Shown: positions 16,829 through 24,022 of the stretch, in pieces
Layout of the letters: the number at the start of each line of letters is the position of its first letter
How positions within the stretch are numbered: the first letter of the stretch is position 1
Assembly (NCBI GenBank): GCA_043800255.1
Contig: JAZDNF010000002.1
Span: 1 to 24,022, forward strand
Source: Candidatus Altiarchaeota archaeon
GTDB lineage: Archaea; Altiarchaeota; Altiarchaeia; IMC4; SCGC-AAA252-I15
Length of the DNA: 24,022 nt
Direction: 5' to 3'
Position numbers and translations under genes: made by a program
The notes under the pieces: generated by a model
Database searches by the model: none
Seen by the model: only the letters and a program-made list of their open reading frames with translations
Told to the model about the DNA's origin: nothing

Positions 16829-17770
16829 ATGAGTTTCCGGCCTATTTTGTCATGCCTGTTACCCCTCCTTCTTATGGCATCAACAGTGTCCTCAGCAGGC
16901 ATCGGCGCAGGCCCTGCGACGATAATCTTCAGGGACATGATGGCAGGCCAGACCTGGGATGAACCATTTACTGTCAGCGTCAACAGCAACGGAACATTAG
17001 ACGTCAGAGTCTCCGTCTCAGGAGAGCCGGCAGCATGGACTACGCTAACCGCCGATAATTACGACCTCTCAGATGACGGTGGATTAGAGCTCATCCCGTC
17101 TAAGCCTATGCGTGGGAGGGTTAACCTGCAGATTCCTGATAATCTGGAGACTGGGACTTATCAAGGCAATATCCATATAATGTCAGAGCCTGCGGACGGC
17201 GAAGGTGAAGGAGTAAGCGCTCCAGTAGGGATTGGAGTGAACCTTGATCTTATAATATTCGTCACAAACAAGCCACGTTACAGCGTGAAGGAGCACAATC
17301 TGAAAGTGTATGACAATTACCAGGGCGAACCGGTGATAGTGGAATACGCTATCGAGAATACCGGAAACATTGACATAGACGCTATATTGAGGTATGATAT
17401 CATGTCCTTGAATTCGACACTCGACAACAGGCGCTTCTGGGAAAGAAAGGTGAAGGTCGAACAAAACCGCGAAATGCAGAACTTTCTTGATGTGATACCT
17501 ATCCTAGACCTTCCTCTGGGAGGATACAATCTTACGTTCAGGATATCATTTGGAGAGGATGACCTGTCAGCTGACAGCAGAGGGTTCAGGATAATGCACC
17601 CTGGAGCCGAACTTCCGGTCTCAATACCCCCCTATACCCTAACCCCAACAACGCGGCCGCAGGAGCCGGAATCCACGCCAGAAACTAGCAGCCGCCTGAT
17701 TATTATATCTTTAGGATTAATTATTCTAACAGTCCTGATCAGATTGGCTGTAAGGGGCAGGAGAAAATGA
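16829..17770 (+). CDS. Membrane-anchored Ig-like protein, paralog 2
   Basis: Signal peptide; GIGAGPATIIF; YQGNIHI..P, VGIGVNLDLIIFV, IENTGNI; Pro/Thr linker; C-terminal TM and RGRRK. Confidence 0.7.
   Translation: MSFRPILSCLLPLLLMASTVSSAGIGAGPATIIFRDMMAGQTWDEPFTVSVNSNGTLDVRVSVSGEPAAWTTLTADNYDLSDDGGLELIPSKPMRGRVNLQIPDNLETGTYQGNIHIMSEPADGEGEGVSAPVGIGVNLDLIIFVTNKPRYSVKEHNLKVYDNYQGEPVIVEYAIENTGNIDIDAILRYDIMSLNSTLDNRRFWERKVKVEQNREMQNFLDVIPILDLPLGGYNLTFRISFGEDDLSADSRGFRIMHPGAELPVSIPPYTLTPTTRPQEPESTPETSSRLIIISLGLIILTVLIRLAVRGRRK
16899..16962 (+). repeat. 64-bp exact direct repeat, copy 2
   Basis: Identical to 15958..16021. Confidence 0.95.
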
Positions 17771-18666
17771 ACGGGAGAACGGTTAATTTTACAAGGGTGC
17801 AAGCGGGCATACTCATCATCGCATTAATAATACTCTCCATAAGACCTGTATTCAGCCAGACTACTGAGCTCAGGGTTTCAGTCCAGAACATAGCCCCTAC
17901 CCTGAATAACTCCAACCTGGAATGCAACGAACCTGTGGTGCTGACGTCCGGACTGACGACCAGACTGTACTGCAACGTTACAGCATCAGATCAGAACGGA
18001 TGGCAGGACATTTACCGGATTGACGCTATGCTATGGTATAACAATACAGCCAACAAGAGCAGCGCAGACAACTACTTAAACCACTACAGCATGGTTAACT
18101 GCAATCTCACGTCCGGCAGCGAACTCTCAAGGACAGCTGAATGCTACTTTGACATGCAATTCTTTGCCGACCCCGGGGAATGGACGATAGAATTCAACGC
18201 GAGCGACCAGGCTGGAACGTGGCAGACGTACAACGTGTCGTACATAACGGTTGTTGACTTCCTGGCGCTTTCCGCGACAGGCATCATAAACTTCGGGTCG
18301 ATGCTGCCAGGACAGATCTCACAGGATGTAAAGAGTGCGGTCATAAACAACACATGCAATGAGGAGATTGACCTACTACTCGACGCTCCCTCCGCCATAA
18401 CGTGCGTTACGGGTGGCATACCCCTCTCAAACATACACTATGACAGCCTTTCCACTGATTATAGCAGCATGTGCGGGTCTCTGACGACCGACGCAGACGA
18501 CACTTGCTATAGACTGAGCCAGGCATTTAACCTGCAGAAGAGCCAGACGAAGACAGGCAATGTCGAAGTGCCGACAAAGAACACCTACTGGCATATCAGC
18601 GTGCCTGAAGGAGTCTCAGGCCTGTGTAATGGAACAGTAACCTATACTGCGATAAAGTCGACATAA
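17767..18666 (+). CDS. Secreted disulfide-rich pilin/WxL-like subunit 1
   Basis: Signal peptide and no C-terminal anchor; motifs CNVTASDQNGWQDI, DNYLNHYS..C, C.F....ADPGEW, INFG...PG, IP.SNIHYD, YW.I.VP.GVSGLC; many N-x-S/T sequons. Confidence 0.7.
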   Translation: MNGRTVNFTRVQAGILIIALIILSIRPVFSQTTELRVSVQNIAPTLNNSNLECNEPVVLTSGLTTRLYCNVTASDQNGWQDIYRIDAMLWYNNTANKSSADNYLNHYSMVNCNLTSGSELSRTAECYFDMQFFADPGEWTIEFNASDQAGTWQTYNVSYITVVDFLALSATGIINFGSMLPGQISQDVKSAVINNTCNEEIDLLLDAPSAITCVTGGIPLSNIHYDSLSTDYSSMCGSLTTDADDTCYRLSQAFNLQKSQTKTGNVEVPTKNTYWHISVPEGVSGLCNGTVTYTAIKST

Positions 18667-18667
18667 T

Positions 18668-19843
18668 ATGGACACAAAAGCCCTAATCCTGTTGATAATA
18701 ACCTTGGCGGCGCTGGACTATGCTGCAGCCATAAGCATCGGCGCCGGACCATCTACCATAGAGTTCCAGGACATGGTACGGGGGAGCTTCGCTGAGGTTG
18801 AGGTTACGGTCAGCACAGCCGAAAAGGTCGATCTGAACTGCTCCCTGCAGGTCACGGGCGATGTCGCAAGGTGGATCACTATAAAGCCTTCACAGAGCTT
18901 CGTGCTTCCGTCAGAGGGAAGGCATAGTTTCATGGTAATATTACAGCTGCCGGGAGACGTCGCCAACGACGTCTACCGCGGGTCGCTGGACATAAAGGCA
19001 GCTCCGGTGACGCAGGTAACGACTGGAGCAGGCTTTGCGGTCGGGGCTGGAGTATCCCTTGACGTGATAGTCAACGTCACAGGCATAGAGAAGTCCACCT
19101 ACAGGATCGTGAGAGCATCAGTCGGGAACACCGAGATAGGCTACCCGATAAACTTCAAGATAGAGGTTTACAACGGGGGGAACGTTATCAACACCCCCGA
19201 CATTGTGGTTGAAGTGGTCAATGCAACGGGGAATACTGCCCTGGTCGTCAGGCACAATACGACCGCAATCAAGCCTTCAAGGAGCGGGACGGTCGTGTTT
19301 ACGGCGTCGTCTGAGAACCTGAGCGTTGGATTCCATGAGGCCAGGGTGAATTCGAACATGATACTCAAAGACGAGGCTTCCAACCGGATATACGAAGCCT
19401 ACGTCAACCACAAGAACGTAACATTCGAGCTGCTGCCTGAGGGCGTGTTAAGCGCGAATGGGACTTTCATGACCTTCCTACTGGACAAGAAGAAGGTCGA
19501 AGTCGGCACGCCGGTCCGTGTCACGGCGCTCTTCAAGAACACGGGGGAGGTGCCGCTGATAGCGAAACTCAAGGGTGAGTTAGTAGCCGGGCAGAATTTC
19601 ATAGCAGCATTCGAGAGCGACGAGCTTGAGATAGCGCAGGGCGAGTCAAAAAACCTGATAGCCTACTTCACCCCGCAGGCATCAGGCAAATTTCAGGTTA
19701 AAGGGACCATAACATACGGGAAGAAGGTGAGTGACGCAGAGGTCGTAGAGCTTGAAGTCTCAGGAACAAGCTACAGGCTGTATGCGATAATAGGCGTCGC
19801 GTTGCTCGTGGTTGTGGGAGTTTTTTATAAGACTAGGAGGTAA
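18668..19843 (+). CDS. Membrane-anchored Ig-like protein, paralog 3 (three domains)
   Basis: Signal peptide; SIGAGPSTIEF; YRGSLDI..AP, VGAGVSLDVIVNV, VYNGGNV, FKNTGEV, YFTP...G; C-terminal TM and KTRR. Confidence 0.7.
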   Translation: MDTKALILLIITLAALDYAAAISIGAGPSTIEFQDMVRGSFAEVEVTVSTAEKVDLNCSLQVTGDVARWITIKPSQSFVLPSEGRHSFMVILQLPGDVANDVYRGSLDIKAAPVTQVTTGAGFAVGAGVSLDVIVNVTGIEKSTYRIVRASVGNTEIGYPINFKIEVYNGGNVINTPDIVVEVVNATGNTALVVRHNTTAIKPSRSGTVVFTASSENLSVGFHEARVNSNMILKDEASNRIYEAYVNHKNVTFELLPEGVLSANGTFMTFLLDKKKVEVGTPVRVTALFKNTGEVPLIAKLKGELVAGQNFIAAFESDELEIAQGESKNLIAYFTPQASGKFQVKGTITYGKKVSDAEVVELEVSGTSYRLYAIIGVALLVVVGVFYKTRR

Positions 19844-19849
19844 TAAGTT

Positions 19850-20782
19850 ATGGCAGGCTCATGTCAGAAGAAGTTGAAACCATCGCATATAGCCCTCATA
19901 ATAACTTTCACAATGTTGTCAATGATTGGCGGAATGGAGGCAGTAACCGTCTCAACAACGGTAACAATCTCGAACAGGGACCCGGTAATAAAGTCGGACA
20001 CTCTATCCTGCACCTTCGGAACGGACTCTGATGGAGTATATCAGCCGAGCGTCGGCTCCCGCAACGACAACAGCGCCGGCAACTATCCTGTCTGGTGCAC
20101 GGTCATCGTATCAGACAACAACAGCTACCAGAACATCAGCAAAGTCTGGGCTGAATTCTATCATAGCAGTTCCAGCCTCGGCGCGGCTGACAACTATGAC
20201 GTCCACTATTCAACTCCTGACTGTTTGAGCCTTAACAACGGCTCCGGAACCGATGAGGGCTACAATTGCACCTTCGGAAGCTTCAAATACTATGCGAACC
20301 CTGGCACGTGGACTTTCATTGTGAACGTGTGGGATGGCGGCGCAGGCAATAATGCGAGCGACTCCAACACGCAGACCATAAACTCCCAGGCCGGCCTGGA
20401 GGTTCAGTCGCTGCTGAATTTCGGCCTCCTGTCGCCTGGCATGAGGACAGACCCGCTCAGCAAGACGCTCTCGATCAACAATACCGGGAATTCCAATGGG
20501 ATTGTCGTTGTAACAGGCTCGGATATGAACTGCAGCAGGTCGAGTCTGGCGGCAAGCTCTGACATCCCGTCATCGAACGTGAAGTACGCGTTCTCAGGCA
20601 TAAGCTATGCTTCCGCATGCGGCACGCTTGGGACTGGCGCAGAATGGGACTGCGACACCTTCAACATACAGGGCCGCGACGTCAGCTCATCAGATGACAT
20701 CAACGTCTCCTACTGGGGCATCGAAGTGCCTACGGGGGTGGGGGGGTTGTGTAACGCTCGTTTGACATTTGACATAACGTAA
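19850..20782 (+). CDS. Secreted disulfide-rich pilin/WxL-like subunit 2
   Basis: Signal peptide and no anchor; CTVIVSDNNSYQNI, ADNYDVHYS..C, CTF...KYYANPGTW, LNFG...PG, IPSSNVKY, YWGIEVPTGVGGLC. Confidence 0.7.
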   Translation: MAGSCQKKLKPSHIALIITFTMLSMIGGMEAVTVSTTVTISNRDPVIKSDTLSCTFGTDSDGVYQPSVGSRNDNSAGNYPVWCTVIVSDNNSYQNISKVWAEFYHSSSSLGAADNYDVHYSTPDCLSLNNGSGTDEGYNCTFGSFKYYANPGTWTFIVNVWDGGAGNNASDSNTQTINSQAGLEVQSLLNFGLLSPGMRTDPLSKTLSINNTGNSNGIVVVTGSDMNCSRSSLAASSDIPSSNVKYAFSGISYASACGTLGTGAEWDCDTFNIQGRDVSSSDDINVSYWGIEVPTGVGGLCNARLTFDIT

Positions 20783-20795
20783 GATGGAGGTAAAA

Positions 20796-22025
20796 ATGCA
20801 CAATAGAATCGGGAAAATCTGGGTTTTTTTCGCGGTGCTGGTTCTAGCCGGCAGTGCGACAGCGATTAGCATAGGGGCTGGGCCGTCTTCTCTCGACTTT
20901 CAGAAGATGGTCCGCGGCGGATACTCGCAGAAATTTATAACCGTCAGTACTGCCGGAGACGATAACCTCACCATAACCTTGGATGTTGAGGGCGAAATCA
21001 ACGACTGGATGACATTTGAGCCAGGCCGAGAGTTCAACCTCCCAGGCAGATCCCGTTTGGAAGTTAAAGCTATTGTGCAGCCTCCAGAGGAGATAGCGAA
21101 CGGCGTCTACACCGGGAAGATCCAGCTCAGGGCGGCTCCAGTGTCCGAAGTCACTGAGGGGACTGGCTTTTCAGTCGGCGCCGGCGTCAGGCTGTCGGTT
21201 ACTGTAGACATAACTGGGGAGGAGATAGTCGACTACAAGGTGAAGTCGGTGACGGTCTCCGACACCGAGGTAGGGTATCCGGTAAGATTCAACATAACCC
21301 TAGAGAACCTGGGCAACGTGAAAGTCCAGCCTAGCGTGACCTTCGAGGTATACGCCGACCCTGACAAACAGAACGTTCTCCAGACTCTGGAATACTCTGA
21401 CTTGGAGATACTTCCGACGACGACCAAGAGCGGCATACTAGAGATACCGACGGAGAACATGCCTGTCGGCAGGTACTGGACTGACGTCACATCCGACATA
21501 GGCGGAGTCCAGACACTCACCTTTGACGTGCTTGAGCCTGGGACGCTTGCCATCAAGGGCAACCTCGAGCAGGTCAAGCTGAGCAAGATATGGGTCAGCG
21601 TGGACGAGATAGTGAAGGTGGAGGCGCGGTTCAGGAACGAGGGTGAGCTCCTCATAGAGAATGCCAAGTTCATCGGAGAAGCTTATCTGATTGATGAGAA
21701 GTACAATACTGAGCAGCTTCTCGGTGTCTTCGAATCAGCGCCTGCCAGCGTGCCCGTCAATGAGGATGTGCTGCTAATCTCATATTTCACGCCCAAGAGG
21801 GACGGCAGGTACTCTATCAGAGGATACGTCCAGTACTCAGGCAAGAAGTCCTACGAGAAGGGCTCAGTATTAAACGTGCAGGCGCAGCCCAAGAATTACA
21901 TATACCATTATATCGGCGTCGGCCTTGTGGTGTTGCTTTTAGTCTATTACCTGATCCAGAAGGGTTCAGACGGGCGGACGAGGCGGTTCAAAAGGCTTTG
22001 GAGAGACTACCTTAGCTTAAAGTGA
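20796..22025 (+). CDS. Membrane-anchored Ig-like protein, paralog 4 (three domains)
   Basis: Start MHNR after GGAGGT (alternative start 20784); SIGAGPSSLDF; YTGKIQL.AAP, VGAGVRLSVTVDI, LENLGNV, FRNEGEL, YFTP...G; TM and a longer basic cytoplasmic tail. Confidence 0.7.
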   Translation: MHNRIGKIWVFFAVLVLAGSATAISIGAGPSSLDFQKMVRGGYSQKFITVSTAGDDNLTITLDVEGEINDWMTFEPGREFNLPGRSRLEVKAIVQPPEEIANGVYTGKIQLRAAPVSEVTEGTGFSVGAGVRLSVTVDITGEEIVDYKVKSVTVSDTEVGYPVRFNITLENLGNVKVQPSVTFEVYADPDKQNVLQTLEYSDLEILPTTTKSGILEIPTENMPVGRYWTDVTSDIGGVQTLTFDVLEPGTLAIKGNLEQVKLSKIWVSVDEIVKVEARFRNEGELLIENAKFIGEAYLIDEKYNTEQLLGVFESAPASVPVNEDVLLISYFTPKRDGRYSIRGYVQYSGKKSYEKGSVLNVQAQPKNYIYHYIGVGLVVLLLVYYLIQKGSDGRTRRFKRLWRDYLSLK

Positions 22026-22034
22026 GGTGACAAG

Positions 22035-22748
22035 ATGGAGAGAGTAAAGACAGCAATTCCGGGAGTCGATGAGATGATTGGGGGAGGGTTCCTCGAGGAT
22101 AGCGTCGTCATAGTGTCAGGCTCGCCTGGCATAGGCAAGAGCAATTTCGCGATGCAATACCTGGTAAACGGGGCTGAGAAGTTCAACGAGTCTGGAGTGT
22201 ACATCACCGTCGAGGACACGCCTGAGAACATCAGATTATATGGCAAACAGTTCGGATGGGATATCGAAAAGCTTGAGAAAGAGAACAAGCTAGCGATTGT
22301 CGCACAGCCCATATACTCTGAAGAAAAGGGCAAAGGGAAGGACGCGCAGAAGAGGGAGACGCTTGCAAGCGCGATAAAGAGGGTTGGCGCCAAGAGAGTG
22401 GTCTTGGATTCCGTGACCCTGTTCAAATACCTGTTCCAGGATGAGATATCAAGACGGGTTAACCTGCTGAACTTCATAAAGCAGGTGAAGGATGCGGATT
22501 GCACGACACTGTTGGTAGCAGAACAGCATGAATCGTCTTTTGACATAACCTACCTGGATGAGCACTTCCTGGCTGACGGTCTAATCCTGTTGTTCTGGAG
22601 CAGGCACAGGGACAAACATGAGAGATGCTTCAGGGTCGTGAAGATGAGGGGCACGAAGATAAGCTCTGACATCAGGCCGATGAAGATAACAGATAACGGG
22701 ATAATAGTGTACCCTACCCAGGTGCCGTTGTCTCTTTCCGACGAGTAA
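22035..22748 (+). CDS. Single-domain KaiC/RAD55-like RecA-superfamily ATPase
   Basis: RVKTAIPGVDEMIGGG, Walker A GSPGIGKS, YITVED, Walker B VVLDS, VVKMRGT; GAGGTGA RBS. Confidence 0.92.
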   Translation: MERVKTAIPGVDEMIGGGFLEDSVVIVSGSPGIGKSNFAMQYLVNGAEKFNESGVYITVEDTPENIRLYGKQFGWDIEKLEKENKLAIVAQPIYSEEKGKGKDAQKRETLASAIKRVGAKRVVLDSVTLFKYLFQDEISRRVNLLNFIKQVKDADCTTLLVAEQHESSFDITYLDEHFLADGLILLFWSRHRDKHERCFRVVKMRGTKISSDIRPMKITDNGIIVYPTQVPLSLSDE

Positions 22749-22781
22749 GGTACTCTAGCATCAGGCTCATCATAGGTTCAA

Positions 22782-23342
22782 ATGGCAGATGATAATGTAA
22801 CGGAGTCAGATTCCGGGTTTCAGGGAGCCCAGATTCTCGTTCTAGTGATACCTGACAAGGACTATAAGACCAAGTGGATGGAGGTCGTAAAGCAGCTCTC
22901 GAATCTGGACGGCAAGATATGCTATATCTCATTGAACGTGCCCTATGAGACCCTCATCAAGTCTTTCAAGATGTTGGGCATAGACGCCAGCAAGTTCTAT
23001 TTTGTCGATGCCATCACCCAAACCGCTCAGATGTCGCCTGAAACGGAAAACTGCGAGTTCGTCTCATCGCCTGGAGCTCTCACAGAATTAAGCCTCAGCA
23101 TATCCAACATACTCGACAGAAAGGGTTTCAACTATGTCATATTCGATTCGCTTTCCACGCTTCTGGTCTATGAGTCTGAGATCACGGTCACGAAGTTCGT
23201 GCACCAGCTGATTTCGAAGATCAGGATAATAGGTTCCAAGGCCATCTTCTCCATACTAAAGCAGGATACGTCATCGGTCCTGCTGAGGGACATCAACATG
23301 TTCGCCGACAGGATACTGGACATAGAAAACTGGCACAATTGA
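22782..23342 (+). CDS. Inactivated KaiC/RecA-like ATPase-fold protein (DUF7504/DUF835-like)
   Basis: CYISLNVPY, FYFVDAIT, SPGALTELS, VIFDSLSTLLVY; no Walker A. Confidence 0.75.
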   Translation: MADDNVTESDSGFQGAQILVLVIPDKDYKTKWMEVVKQLSNLDGKICYISLNVPYETLIKSFKMLGIDASKFYFVDAITQTAQMSPETENCEFVSSPGALTELSLSISNILDRKGFNYVIFDSLSTLLVYESEITVTKFVHQLISKIRIIGSKAIFSILKQDTSSVLLRDINMFADRILDIENWHN

Positions 23343-23347
23343 GGCAT

Positions 23348-23896
23348 ATGGAAGCAAAGATAGAACGCTCCGTGAGGGATAAGAGGACGTGTTTCATAAT
23401 CACCGAACCTGACAAGCTTAGATTAGCCCTCACAAAAGCGGTTGACGTCCTGTTAAGGGAGGGTTATCGATGTTTGTACATAAGCCTGAACGAGCCTCAT
23501 AGCAGCGTTGAGGCGATGTTCTCTAAGGCGGGAATCAGGTCAGACAGGCTATACTTTATCGATTGCATAACCGCGATCTCTCACAAAATCCCCCATAAGA
23601 AGGCGGAAAATGTCGAATATGCCGAAAATCCATCGCATTTGACTGCTGAGGGCAAGGTTATCAGGTCTATAAACCAGTTCCTGGCGTCTGTTCCCGGGAA
23701 GAAGATGATTGTGATTGACGCTCTTAGGACTGTGCTATTGTATAACGAGCCTGCCCTTGTAGAGAAGTTTATCAGCGAGGTTATAGAGAACTCCGGCGAA
23801 TATGGCGCTAAACTGGTGGTTTTCACCAGAAAAGACGATGATCAAAAGATTGTAAGGGACATATCCTTCAAGTTTGACTGTATCGTAGAGATCTAA
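23348..23896 (+). CDS. Second inactivated KaiC/RecA-like ATPase-fold protein
   Basis: Paralogous motifs LYISLNEPH, LYFIDCIT, NPSHLT, IVIDALRTVLLY; no Walker A; ATG 23348 after GAGG (alternative TTG 23339). Confidence 0.72.
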   Translation: MEAKIERSVRDKRTCFIITEPDKLRLALTKAVDVLLREGYRCLYISLNEPHSSVEAMFSKAGIRSDRLYFIDCITAISHKIPHKKAENVEYAENPSHLTAEGKVIRSINQFLASVPGKKMIVIDALRTVLLYNEPALVEKFISEVIENSGEYGAKLVVFTRKDDDQKIVRDISFKFDCIVEI

Positions 23897-24022
23897 CGCA
23901 TCATGTTTTCCACCTGTACTCTCACATTTTTCGTAAGTCTCACATCTTTCACGAATGTCGAATAGTATTAACTTTAATATATATTTTGTATTAGATAGTA
24001 TAAAACTATAGTGACGTATATA

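Noticed and set aside
15958-16962. 64-bp direct repeat as att sites or ends of a mobile element
   Set aside because: Both copies are in-frame coding sequence at homologous positions of paralogs, and there is no recombinase or transposase nearby.
17767-20782. Type IV pilins or archaellins
   Set aside because: No class III signal peptide pattern (K/R-G cleavage followed by a retained hydrophobic helix), and no assembly ATPase or TadC-like platform gene.
11953-22546. Numerous minus-strand and alternate-frame ORFs in the surface-protein cluster
   Set aside because: Shadow frames of long plus-strand genes, with low-complexity translations and no independent evidence.
22035-22748. Circadian clock kaiC
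   Set aside because: Single-domain protein with no kaiA or kaiB; it fits the generic archaeal RAD55/KaiC-like family.
23897-24022. ncRNA or replication origin in the AT-rich tail
   Set aside because: Only TATA-like AT runs and a weak short inverted repeat, cut by the window edge; probably a promoter region, but this cannot be supported further.

Overview
Archaeal genomic window, judged from geranylgeranyl reductase, NurA, archaeal-type TopA, KaiC/RAD55-like ATPases and TATA-like promoters; the lineage cannot be fixed from the sequence. There are three blocks. (1) 1-5620 is visibly AT-rich and accessory: a tandem array of truncated RHS-core/C-terminal toxin cassettes, each followed by a small membrane protein (probable immunity), then two paralogous signal-peptide fibre-like proteins, one with a Peptidase S74-type intramolecular chaperone. 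(2) 5676-11560 is housekeeping: a minus-strand ACT-hom-ferredoxin-GGR operon (the 55-aa ferredoxin is missing from the ORF track), divergent from topA-nurA. (3) 11624-23896 is a co-oriented cluster and the best candidate for an undescribed system. It encodes a 1419-aa Cys/Asp-rich protein and two smaller secreted proteins that share a disulfide-rich pilin/WxL-like domain, interleaved with four paralogous membrane-anchored Ig-like proteins with chaperone-like motifs, followed by one active and two degenerate KaiC-like ATPase genes. I infer an usher-less, chaperone-assisted archaeal surface filament or adhesin system. All family calls come from reading motifs by eye; no searches were run.
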